Shown in pieces: positions 54,190-63,264 of a stretch of 64,000 bases of DNA; the first letter of the stretch is position 1; each line of letters begins with the position of its first letter. Source of the DNA: an uncultured delta proteobacterium. Its GTDB lineage: Bacteria; Desulfobacterota; Binatia; Bin18. The notes under the pieces are model-generated. The model was not told the DNA's origin. It was given only the letters and a program-made list of their open reading frames with translations, and did no database searches. The stretch covers positions 196,848 through 260,847 of the forward strand of contig CAVTCR010000059.1 of assembly GCA_963733195.1 (NCBI GenBank), in the 5' to 3' direction. Both the position numbers and the translations under genes were made by a program.

Positions 54190-55353
54190 ATGGCAGGATG
54201 CTTAGACGGCATTAAGGTGCTCGACTTGGGGCGTTATCAGGCTGGTCCGCGTTGCGCGATGATCCTGGCTGATTTAGGGGCTGAAGTGATTAAGGTGGAA
54301 GAGCCAGGTGGCGATGAATCCCGTGGCCTCGGGCGCGTGTACTGGTCAGCATACAATCGAGGGAAGAAGAGTATCACGCTCAATCTGCGCAGCGAACAAG
54401 GGAAAGCCCTCCTGCGAGTACTGATTCCGAAAGTAGACATGTTGTTACAGAACTTTCGGCCTGGGGTCATGGACGCAATGGGCTTCGGCTACGAGACACT
54501 CAAACAACTCAATCCGGGTATCATTCTCATTAACGTATCAGGCTTTGGCCAAGAAGGACCGTACAAACATCGTCCAGCCTACGACCCGATTGGCCAGGCG
54601 ATGTCGGGACTGATGAGTTTTACTGGCTTTCCCGATGGTCCGCCGGTGATGACGAATGCGTCGATCATCGATCGCACTACCGCCTTGCACGCAACTATTG
54701 GTGCGTTGGCAGCGCTGCATAGACGAGACATGACGGGCGAAGGACAATCCCTCGATGTGTGTCTGCTTGATTCTGCCTACACGCTCATGGAGATTCCTAT
54801 TGCCCAATACTTGCTGAGCAACAAAGAGCCTCAGCGCAATGGCAACCGTGCCGGGGGTATCGCACCGGCGAATACCTACCGGACCAAAGACGGCTGGGTG
54901 TATCTCCTCGCGATTCCGCAAGACATGTTTGGGAAATTTTGCCGTGCTATCGGACGTGAAGACTTACTCGCTGACGCACGTTTTGCCAGTATCGCCGCTC
55001 GTGGCGCGCATTCGCGCGACCTCGATACGCTGGTTGCAGACTGGGTTCGCGAGAAGACGGTGACTGAGGTTGTAGCGACACTAGAGCGAGCTGAAGTGCC
55101 GGTGGCTCCTGTCCACTCGATTCCCCAAGCCGCCCATGACCCGCACCTGTGGGAGCGAAAGATGTTGGTGGAAGCCGAAGATCCCGAATCTGGCCGAACG
55201 TTTGTGCCAGGGCTCACTGTGAAATTTGCTGACACACCGGGTGCGGTTGGTTCGATCCCTCGGCCTGGCCAGCATAACAACGAGATTTATTGTGATCTGC
55301 TTGGTTGTACTCCCGATGAACTCAAACGCTGGCGTGAGGAAAGAGTCATTTAG
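54190..55353 (+). CDS. Family III CoA-transferase
   Basis: QAGP..AMILADLGAEVIKVE, NRGKKS, NFRPG and catalytic SIIDRT motifs. Confidence 0.93.
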   Translation: MAGCLDGIKVLDLGRYQAGPRCAMILADLGAEVIKVEEPGGDESRGLGRVYWSAYNRGKKSITLNLRSEQGKALLRVLIPKVDMLLQNFRPGVMDAMGFGYETLKQLNPGIILINVSGFGQEGPYKHRPAYDPIGQAMSGLMSFTGFPDGPPVMTNASIIDRTTALHATIGALAALHRRDMTGEGQSLDVCLLDSAYTLMEIPIAQYLLSNKEPQRNGNRAGGIAPANTYRTKDGWVYLLAIPQDMFGKFCRAIGREDLLADARFASIAARGAHSRDLDTLVADWVREKTVTEVVATLERAEVPVAPVHSIPQAAHDPHLWERKMLVEAEDPESGRTFVPGLTVKFADTPGAVGSIPRPGQHNNEIYCDLLGCTPDELKRWREERVI

Positions 55354-55679
55354 AAGTCCATAGTGTACGCTAAACCTGCGAAGAATCTGGAGAGCTGGCT
55401 GCCCCCGCTATAAGAAGGCTGGCTCTTCGTTTTTACCATTCATTCAGTAAGTGTATTAACGTAACGCTGGTTGACGTCGGACCAGCATAATAACAAAATG
55501 GACAATCTTATTCCTCATCTTCATCGACTAAAAATCTGACCTCCTCTTCCGATTTTCTTCCTGATATTTTTCCGCACAAAGGTTTTGGTAATACGCAAGA
55601 AGTTTCCTATCTTGTTGTTGATAGGTCTGTATCCTGAGCAACAGAGCAAATCGCGTGCTATTGTGACCCCTTGGCCAAT

Positions 55680-57281
55680 ATGAAGAATCCAATCGATTGG
55701 CAGGCACTGGCTCAGCAACTTGCAGCACTCCATCCTTCTAGTGAGAATGGAGGTGATGAACCTGCACGTCGCGCCCTGGACTTGATCATTGGCGAGGAGC
55801 AACTCCGAGCAGCAATAGATCACTACATTGCACATCGTCCAGGCAGCGAACTGATCCGGAGTGTGTTGCGTATTCTGCATTCGTGGGTAGCGACCCAATA
55901 CTGCTATGAAGTGTATCGTTCCGATGCGAGTCTTGAGGTGCGGCGGACCGCGGTCGAACTATTACGCTCTATTGCTGATAGCCGGGCCCTGCCGTGGGTT
56001 GAAGAATTCTTGGCGAATGAAGATGAGGAAATTCAGGATTGGGGGCTCACGCTTGTCGATCAGCTTCTTTTCTCAGGCCGAGCTTTTCCTGAGGAATGCG
56101 TCACCTTACTCGACATAGCGGAACAGCATGCAAATCTCCACATTCGCACACGCGCAGCTGAAATCAGACGGTCTCTGCAGTTTACCAGAGACCGAAAAAA
56201 CGAAAATCTACCTCAGCCGAGAACAACGGATGAGAAGGGCGAAACCGGGATCCGCCATCTTTTGGGTAACGGTACAAATGTCAACCTCCATAATGAGTTT
56301 GAACAGACAGTATTGCCACCGACGACTGATGCGGAGAGTACGGCCATCGTGCGAACCGTACATTCTCCTGCTCCCGATGCGGCTGTGGATTTGCAAACAC
56401 ACCAAAGACGCACGACTCTGCTCGATGCCGTTGAGCAGGGAGATAGGGAAACCGTGGCCTTGCTCCTTACTAACGGTGCTTCGGTGAATGAGCAAAATAA
56501 ACTTGGTCACACGCCTTTAGGGAGGGCGGCAGAAGCGGGAAATACGGCTATGGTTCGAGCTCTCCTTGAGCACGGTGTTACGATAGATGTACCGGACCTA
56601 CGTGGGTATACGCCGTTACTTGCTGCTGCCGATGCAGGGTGTAGCGATATTGTCCGGCTCCTCCTGGAGGAGAAGGCCACAGTCAATGCGAAAAGTTCAA
56701 ATGGTGATACTGCTTTGATGTTAGCTGCAGTCGGAGGACACAAAGAGGCGGTTGATGCGCTTCTAGAAAAAGGGGCAGTGGTGAGTGCGCGTAACCGCTT
56801 CGGGCGTACGGCATTGATGATGGCAGCGTGCAGTGGAAAACCGGCAATTGTCGAGGCGCTTTTAACGAGAGGCGCATCCATCAACACCCAGGATTGGCGA
56901 GGTCACTGTGCATTGATCGATGCCTTGAGTTTTGGACATGGCGAGATTGCGGTGCTCTTGCTAGCGCACGGTGCAGTAGCTAACGCCCAAGATTCCTTTA
57001 AGCGCACCCCGCTCTTGCTGGCAGCTAAAAAGGGCTACATTCCCATTGTTCAGGCACTTCTCGAAAAGGGGGCAGGAGTCAATGTGCAAGACGAGGACGG
57101 TCGCACGCCGTTGTTTATTGCTGTAGGGAACGATCATCCGGGCGTTGTGAAACTCCTCCTCGATGCCGGTGCGATACCCGATATCCCAGATCTTCAGGGT
57201 CGAACCGCAGTGACTGTGGCAAAGGAGTTAGGTAACGACGCCATCCTTCAGTTGCTCAAGAAAGTGGGAGTGGGGGCCTAA
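55680..57281 (+). CDS. Ankyrin-repeat protein with an N-terminal HEAT-like domain
   Basis: About 9 GxTPL/TAL...LL..GA.VN repeats; helical N-terminal domain RRTAVELLR.IAD.RALPWVEEFL. Confidence 0.88.
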   Translation: MKNPIDWQALAQQLAALHPSSENGGDEPARRALDLIIGEEQLRAAIDHYIAHRPGSELIRSVLRILHSWVATQYCYEVYRSDASLEVRRTAVELLRSIADSRALPWVEEFLANEDEEIQDWGLTLVDQLLFSGRAFPEECVTLLDIAEQHANLHIRTRAAEIRRSLQFTRDRKNENLPQPRTTDEKGETGIRHLLGNGTNVNLHNEFEQTVLPPTTDAESTAIVRTVHSPAPDAAVDLQTHQRRTTLLDAVEQGDRETVALLLTNGASVNEQNKLGHTPLGRAAEAGNTAMVRALLEHGVTIDVPDLRGYTPLLAAADAGCSDIVRLLLEEKATVNAKSSNGDTALMLAAVGGHKEAVDALLEKGAVVSARNRFGRTALMMAACSGKPAIVEALLTRGASINTQDWRGHCALIDALSFGHGEIAVLLLAHGAVANAQDSFKRTPLLLAAKKGYIPIVQALLEKGAGVNVQDEDGRTPLFIAVGNDHPGVVKLLLDAGAIPDIPDLQGRTAVTVAKELGNDAILQLLKKVGVGA

Positions 57282-57550
57282 GTTGAACCACAGGAGATTT
57301 GTACACTCCAGAACTTCGTGTTTCCTCTCCTTGTCCGGCGATCAATCGCCGGGCTTACAGTACGAAGCCTGGTAAACCGGGCTCCCAGGGGGCGAAGGCC
57401 CTCTTTGTATGTTGAGCCCGGAGCTTTAGATCTGGGCGGGACTGTGCCAATCTCATGTGGCCTGATTTAGCGTGCCGATCTCTTGTTGTCCGGTTTAGCT
57501 CCCAGGCACGAGGCAAGATTATGCACTGGGAACGACTTCGTTGACAATGC

Positions 57551-57738
57551 CTAATTACTCAAACTTTACAGGATAACCGGTCGTGAGTCTTTGTAGAGGC
57601 CATTTTTCGCGGTCTAGCCAAGAAACACGGAAGCAAAAAGGGGCGTCTTCGTTTTTAGGTTCTCCGACTCGTAAATATTTGAAAATACACGTGAATATAC
57701 TCAGCAATCCTTCAAACCTGTAAAGTTTGAGTAATTAC
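57551..57738. mobile_element. About 188-bp MITE-like element with 21-bp perfect inverted repeats
   Basis: TAATTACTCAAACTTTACAGG (57552-57572) is the exact reverse complement of 57717-57737. No ORF inside. Confidence 0.7.
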
Positions 57739-57911
57739 AAGGCTCCTTGAGCGGAGAGTTTCTAACCGGTCAAGAAAAAGCATCTTCCTCCTTTGTTCCG
57801 GTGATCTATACGGAAAGTCGGGTTTTATGGTACGGAAAAGATGAATGAGGCAAGAGATCATCTGGCTACCCTTTTCCCCATTTATCTTTAACTTCTGTAC
57901 GGAGGTAATTC

Positions 57912-59150
57912 GTGCTCAGCCCATATCGTGTATTAGATCTCACAACTGAACGTGGTCTGCTGTGCGGGCAGATTTTGGGCGACCTTGGGGCTGATGTAAT
58001 CAAGATCGAACCTCCGGGAGGATCGTCCGCGCGCCGACTGCCGCCATTTTATAAAGACATCCCTGATCCCAACAGCTCACTCTATTGGTGGGCCTATAAC
58101 CGCAATAAACGCGGCATTACACTTAATGTGACTAAGAGTGAAGGCAGAGCGCTGTTACAACGCCTTGTGAAAGACGCTCACTTCCTCATTGAGTCCGATA
58201 ACCCAGGAACGATGGCGAAGTTCGGATTGCGCTATCAAGATTTAGCGGCGATCAATCCGGCGCTGATCTACGTATCGATTTCTGCCTTTGGGCAGGATGG
58301 GCCCAAGGCGAGTTACGAGGATAGTGATTTAGTCATTCTCGCGGCGGGTGGACCGCTGATACTGACTGGTGATGACGATCGTCCTCCAGTACGGATTAGT
58401 GTACCGCAGGCGTACCTCCATGCGTGTGTAGAAGGGGTGATGGGAGCGTTATTAGCTAACCATGAACGTCAACGTTCTGGTCGTGGCCAATATATTGACG
58501 TGTCAGCCCAGCAGGCGGTGACGCAGGCGACGCAGGCAATGATCTTGGCCGCGCCGTTAGGAGAAGCTGAGATTCAGCGCATGGGTGGTGGGGTGAAGAT
58601 TGGTCCGATGAAGATTCGTCTCATCTGGCCAGCAAAAGACGGGCATGTGGCGATCACTTTTTTGTTCGGGACTGCATTTGCGCATTTTACAAAACGGTTG
58701 ATGGATTGGATCTATGAGGAAGGGCTCTGCGACGAAGCAACTCGTAATTCCGATTGGGTCGGATTTGGTGGAGTCCTTTTCAGTGGTCAAGGATTCGAAG
58801 AATACGAACGCCTGAAGCTCATTGTTGAAGAGTTCACCAAAACGAAAACTAAAGCTGAACTCCTTCAGGGCGCGCTCGACCGTGGCCTTGTCATGGCACC
58901 AATTACTCGGATCGACGAGGTCGTGAGCAGTCCGCAACTCGCTTCGCGTCAGTATTGGACTGAATTGCACCATCCTGAACTTGGTCAATCCTTCCGTTAT
59001 CCCGGACCGTTTGTGAAGTTTAGTGAGACGCCGATTACCTACCGCCGTCGGCCACCGTTGATTGGGGAGCATAATCGAGAAGTTTATATTGATGAATTAG
59101 GGGTGACCGAGAAGGAGTTGGCTGAATTGCAGAGTAAGGGTGTGGTTTGA
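57912..59150 (+). CDS. Family III CoA-transferase, subunit lacking the catalytic Asp
   Basis: DLGADVIKIEPP and NRNKRG motifs; PQAYLHA at the Asp position. Confidence 0.9.
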   Translation: MLSPYRVLDLTTERGLLCGQILGDLGADVIKIEPPGGSSARRLPPFYKDIPDPNSSLYWWAYNRNKRGITLNVTKSEGRALLQRLVKDAHFLIESDNPGTMAKFGLRYQDLAAINPALIYVSISAFGQDGPKASYEDSDLVILAAGGPLILTGDDDRPPVRISVPQAYLHACVEGVMGALLANHERQRSGRGQYIDVSAQQAVTQATQAMILAAPLGEAEIQRMGGGVKIGPMKIRLIWPAKDGHVAITFLFGTAFAHFTKRLMDWIYEEGLCDEATRNSDWVGFGGVLFSGQGFEEYERLKLIVEEFTKTKTKAELLQGALDRGLVMAPITRIDEVVSSPQLASRQYWTELHHPELGQSFRYPGPFVKFSETPITYRRRPPLIGEHNREVYIDELGVTEKELAELQSKGVV

Positions 59151-59176
59151 CAGGCTGCCTGAAAAGTGGTGAGAGC

Positions 59177-59273
59177 TGTCATGGCGATGGGTTGCAAGTG
59201 ACGAAGCAATCTCCAAAAAAAAGGATTGCTTCGCGGAGTTTATCCTGAGCTTGTCGAAGGACTCGCAATGACA
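59177..59273. repeat. Composite REP-like palindrome
   Basis: TGTCATGGCGA...CGAAGCAATC...GATTGCTTCG...CCTGAGCTTGTCGAAGG...TCGCAATGACA nested inverted repeats. Confidence 0.65.
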
Positions 59274-59349
59274 CTGTTGTTCATCTTAATGCCACTGCTC
59301 ACGAGAGAAGCAGGACCTGTAGCAAAAAAATGAAACAAGGAGCGATTAC

Positions 59350-60567
59350 ATGACGAACAATCTGCCATTGGAAGGTGTGAAGATTCTCGATCTCATGTGG
59401 GTAATGGCTGGCCCTGCCGGAACACGTGTCCTGGCCGATTATGGCGCAACCATCATCCGCGTCGAATCGGCGCAGAAGATCGATACCGCCCGGATGCTGC
59501 AACCATTCCATGGGCGCAAACCTGGCCCGGATAGCTCGGCCTTGTTTCAGAATCTCAATGCTGGGAAGCTTGGCCTCGCGTTGGATTTGAACAATGAAAC
59601 AGCCCGTGAGGTTGTTCGTGACCTTGTTCGTTGGGCTGATGTGGTCACCGAGTCTTTCTCTCCCAAGGCGATGAAGGGGTGGGGATTGGATTACGAATCG
59701 CTGAAGAAGATTAAGCCAGACATCATCATGATCAGCTCATGCTTGATGGGTCAAACTGGACCAATGGCGAAGTTCGCTGGCTTTGGTAATCTCGCTGCCG
59801 CACTCACAGGCTTCTTCAATCTCACCGGCTGGCCGGATCGTATACCCGCCGGGCCGTTTAGTGCATATACGGATTACGTTGCTCCACGCTTTACTGCAAT
59901 TGCGATTCTCGCGGCATTAGACCATCGTCAGCGTACTGGGCAAGGGCAGTATATCGACCAATCGCAAGCCGAAGCGACGCTGCATTTTCTTAGCCCTGCC
60001 GTGCTCGATTATACGGCGAATGGTCGGGTGCAAGAGGCAATGGGTAATCGTGATCTCTATTTTGCCCCACATGGGGTGTACCCAGCAATCGGCACAGACC
60101 GTTGGGTGACGATTACCGTCAAAACCGAAGAACAATGGCAAACTCTCTGTGAGGTCATGCAACGAGCAGATCTCGTACGCGATACACGCTTTACCACGCG
60201 TGAAGCGCGACTCACTCATCAAGACGAACTCGACGCGCTCATTAGCGAGTGGACGAAACAACACGACCCCTACCGTGTCGAAGCAATGTTACAAGCGCGT
60301 GGCGTTTCGGCAGGTGCGGTGAGCACGATGCATGAAGCGTATAAAGATCCGCAACTGGCTCATCGTAACCACTTTGTTCAACTCGACCATCCGACGTACG
60401 GAACAACGACTGTCGAAGGCTCACGTATCCGTCTGTCACGTACTCCGGCGCAGGTACAACGCTGTGCGCCGACGATCGGACGTGACAATCAGCAGGTGCT
60501 AGAGCAAATCCTTGGCTACAGCGAGGAGAAGATCACTGAGTTGGTAGCGGCAGGGGCGTTGGAGTAG
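59350..60567 (+). CDS. Family III CoA-transferase, catalytic subunit
   Basis: WVMAGP, YGATIIRVES, NAGK and AYTDYVAP motifs. Confidence 0.92.
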   Translation: MTNNLPLEGVKILDLMWVMAGPAGTRVLADYGATIIRVESAQKIDTARMLQPFHGRKPGPDSSALFQNLNAGKLGLALDLNNETAREVVRDLVRWADVVTESFSPKAMKGWGLDYESLKKIKPDIIMISSCLMGQTGPMAKFAGFGNLAAALTGFFNLTGWPDRIPAGPFSAYTDYVAPRFTAIAILAALDHRQRTGQGQYIDQSQAEATLHFLSPAVLDYTANGRVQEAMGNRDLYFAPHGVYPAIGTDRWVTITVKTEEQWQTLCEVMQRADLVRDTRFTTREARLTHQDELDALISEWTKQHDPYRVEAMLQARGVSAGAVSTMHEAYKDPQLAHRNHFVQLDHPTYGTTTVEGSRIRLSRTPAQVQRCAPTIGRDNQQVLEQILGYSEEKITELVAAGALE

Positions 60568-61078
60568 AGCAAAAGAGGCAAGGGCGAAAAGGGGAAATGG
60601 CAAAAAGGCCTGCTCACTCTGTTCGCTCTGATGTAGGGCGGGCAGAGCGCCATATGCGCCAAGATATCGTTTTCCGTGAGTGAGAGACAAACAGTTAGGC
60701 AGCCGCACGCAAGGGAGCAAGGGGGGTAGACTGGAGCCACGTCGCGACTGCTGGCGGCAGCACTTGGAGCTTGCGGGGCCGGGGGCGTTCGGCCAGCGCG
60801 CGCAAGACGGCCTGCCAATCCCACGCCTGCCAGCGAACTGTATCCAAGACGGTGTCTTGGATTTCCTTGGCGAGCAGTTTCCAGATCCGCCACCACGTCG
60901 CCACCCGGGTCGTGAGCATCTGGGGCCACTCATTGCCGAGCCGGGCGACCGCACGGCGCTCGACCAACACAGCAAAGAGGAGTTTGCCGGTCCGATACCC
61001 CATCGCCAGCGGGGCGCCGCGCTTGGCCCGTACGTGGGCGGCGGCAAGCAAGCTCTTGTAGCGTTTCAGCACGAGTTC

Positions 61079-62982
61079 GATGTGGCAGTCGCAACCCATA
61101 AAACGATTGACCTGGTAGTCCAAACACAGGTGAAGAAGTTGCAGCGGAATACGCGAGGATAATCCGGTTTCGCCGTTCTTGGGCTCTTCCAGCAAAATAA
61201 TGCGATGGAGGAGCTCGATGAAACAGCTGCACATTCGGCACCAAACCTCGGTCGCGGATCCGCTTCGGCAGGAACGGCTGCGGCGCGCACTCGCGATCGT
61301 AATGGAGTATCAGGAGGATCCTCATGCAAGTGGCACTCTACGCCCGAGTCTCAACCCCCAATCAACAACAGGAAGGAACGATTGCCAGTCAGATTCACTC
61401 GCTCCATCTGTACATTCGCCAACAGGGATGGAGTCTGTTACCCACGCATGAGTATATAGATGAAGGGGTCAGTGGAGCGCGGTTGGATCGCCCGGCCTTG
61501 GATCGCCTTCGCGACTGTGCCCAACGCGGAGAGTTTGATGCAGTGGTGGTGTTATCGCCGGATCGCTTAGCCCGCAACTATGCCCATCAGTGGTTACTGA
61601 TCGAAGAGTTTGAGAAACTCCAAGTGCAGTGGATTTTTTTGCAGAATCCCTTTGGCGATACGCCGCAAGGAAAATTGTTGACGCAAATGCAAGGGATGAT
61701 GGCGGAATACGAACGCGCGCAGATTCATGAACGTACACGACGGGGACGACTGGAGAAAGCACGCCGTGGGGAGTTCATCCCGTGGGCGTTTAGTTGTTAT
61801 GGGTATCGGTATTTACCCAAGCGTCATGGGTGCGCTCCGCAAGTCACGATTAAGCTGGAAGAAGCAGAAGTCGTCCGACAGCTCTATCGGGATCTGGTGG
61901 AGGAACAATTGAGCTGTCGGCAACTGACCAAACGGCTCAATGAGGCCCGGACTCCTACCCCGTCAGGAAAAAACCCGGTGTGGCATCCCGCAACGGTGAG
62001 AAACATTCTCACCAACCGCGTCTATACGGGCCAGGCCCGCTACAATTATCGGCAACCCGTGTTGCCGAAATATCGCAAGACCGCAGAGACGCAACTCTCC
62101 TATCTCAAAACTGGCCGCAGCTACCGTCCTCCCCAGGAGTGGGTGTGGAGTGAGGCACCGGCCATTATTCCTGTGGAGCTGTTCGAGAAAGCCCAACTGC
62201 AATTGCATCGTAATGCGGAAGTCGCTCGTAAGATGTATCAACCGTCTTCCCGGCGCTACTTGTTGCGCACGTTGGTCAAATGTGGGGAGTGTGGGTTAGG
62301 GATGGCGGCGGCTCATCAACGGAGTGTCTGTAAGAAGTATGACTATCTCTATTATGAGTGTAAGGGACACGCGCCGCTGACCTGCGGACGTGAGACCAAA
62401 TGTCGCTCCCGCCGCGTACGCGCGGATCGTTTGGATGCGATCGTATGGAGATCACTCTGTGAGTTACTTACAACGCCAACGCTTCTGCCGCAGCTCCACC
62501 AGAGCTGGGCACAGACCAAACACCACGATCTGACCACGCTCACCGCCCAACACGAACAACTCCTGCAGCGCAAGCGCCGCGTCGAGCGGCAAAGTGAACG
62601 CTTGCTGGATGCGTATCAAACAGAAACCATCACGCTTAGTGAATTGCAACTCCGCCGCCAGAAACTGACCACCGAACTCCAACACCTGGATCGCGAACTC
62701 CAACAGCTTACTCACACGCAGCAACAAACCCTCCATTGGCACGACGTCATCACCCACGTCGACCACTTTCGTCACCTCTTAGGCGAGAACCTCGATCGCC
62801 TCGCCTTTGCCGATCGGCAAATCGTTGCCCAATGTCTGATCAAAAAAATCGTCGTTACGGGCGAACAAGTCGATATCTCTTATATCCTCCCTTTTGACCA
62901 AGCCCCTCAGGTATATAATAGTAGCGATCAACAACCTGAGGGGACGCCAGGCTATTTTTACCGGTTGCGACTGGCAGACCTC
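61079..62982 (+). mobile_element. Minimal large-serine-recombinase integrative element (1904 bp)
   Basis: 25-bp inverted arms at 61079-61103 and 62956-62980, a TC core at both junctions, and removal restores the IS4 reading frame. Confidence 0.9.
61218..61451 (+). CDS. Small ORF overlapping the recombinase start
   Basis: GGAGGAG RBS, then MKQLHIRHQTSVADPLRQERLRRALAIVMEY (77 aa); the only other ORF in the element. Confidence 0.55.
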   Translation: MKQLHIRHQTSVADPLRQERLRRALAIVMEYQEDPHASGTLRPSLNPQSTTGRNDCQSDSLAPSVHSPTGMESVTHA

Positions 62983-63264
62983 CACTTGCCATCGGATCCG
63001 ATACAACTCCAGAATGGTGGCGGCACTGAGCTCAGTCGGGGGCACGGTGGTCAACACCAACCCCCACTCGCTCAAGAAAAGCCTTTGTGCCCGCAGCCTG
63101 CGTCCGCGGCGGCTGGCTTGACGTTTGGCTCGGCGCCGGGTCCGATTGCACTGCTGCTCGTTCAGATGCAGCGCCTGAATCCACACCGGCAGCGCCTGCC
63201 CCTTCTTCTCCTCTCGCACCTGCAGAGCAAAGCTCACGCGCGACTGTTTCCCTGCGACCTGTAA
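61324..63264 (+). CDS. Large serine recombinase (resolvase + recombinase + zinc-ribbon/coiled-coil)
   Basis: YARVST catalytic Ser, DEGVSGA..RPAL, DRLAR, CGECG...YYEC...C and a coiled coil. The last 93 aa derive from the antisense strand of IS4. Confidence 0.95.
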   Translation: MQVALYARVSTPNQQQEGTIASQIHSLHLYIRQQGWSLLPTHEYIDEGVSGARLDRPALDRLRDCAQRGEFDAVVVLSPDRLARNYAHQWLLIEEFEKLQVQWIFLQNPFGDTPQGKLLTQMQGMMAEYERAQIHERTRRGRLEKARRGEFIPWAFSCYGYRYLPKRHGCAPQVTIKLEEAEVVRQLYRDLVEEQLSCRQLTKRLNEARTPTPSGKNPVWHPATVRNILTNRVYTGQARYNYRQPVLPKYRKTAETQLSYLKTGRSYRPPQEWVWSEAPAIIPVELFEKAQLQLHRNAEVARKMYQPSSRRYLLRTLVKCGECGLGMAAAHQRSVCKKYDYLYYECKGHAPLTCGRETKCRSRRVRADRLDAIVWRSLCELLTTPTLLPQLHQSWAQTKHHDLTTLTAQHEQLLQRKRRVERQSERLLDAYQTETITLSELQLRRQKLTTELQHLDRELQQLTHTQQQTLHWHDVITHVDHFRHLLGENLDRLAFADRQIVAQCLIKKIVVTGEQVDISYILPFDQAPQVYNSSDQQPEGTPGYFYRLRLADLHLPSDPIQLQNGGGTELSRGHGGQHQPPLAQEKPLCPQPASAAAGLTFGSAPGPIALLLVQMQRLNPHRQRLPLLLLSHLQSKAHARLFPCDL

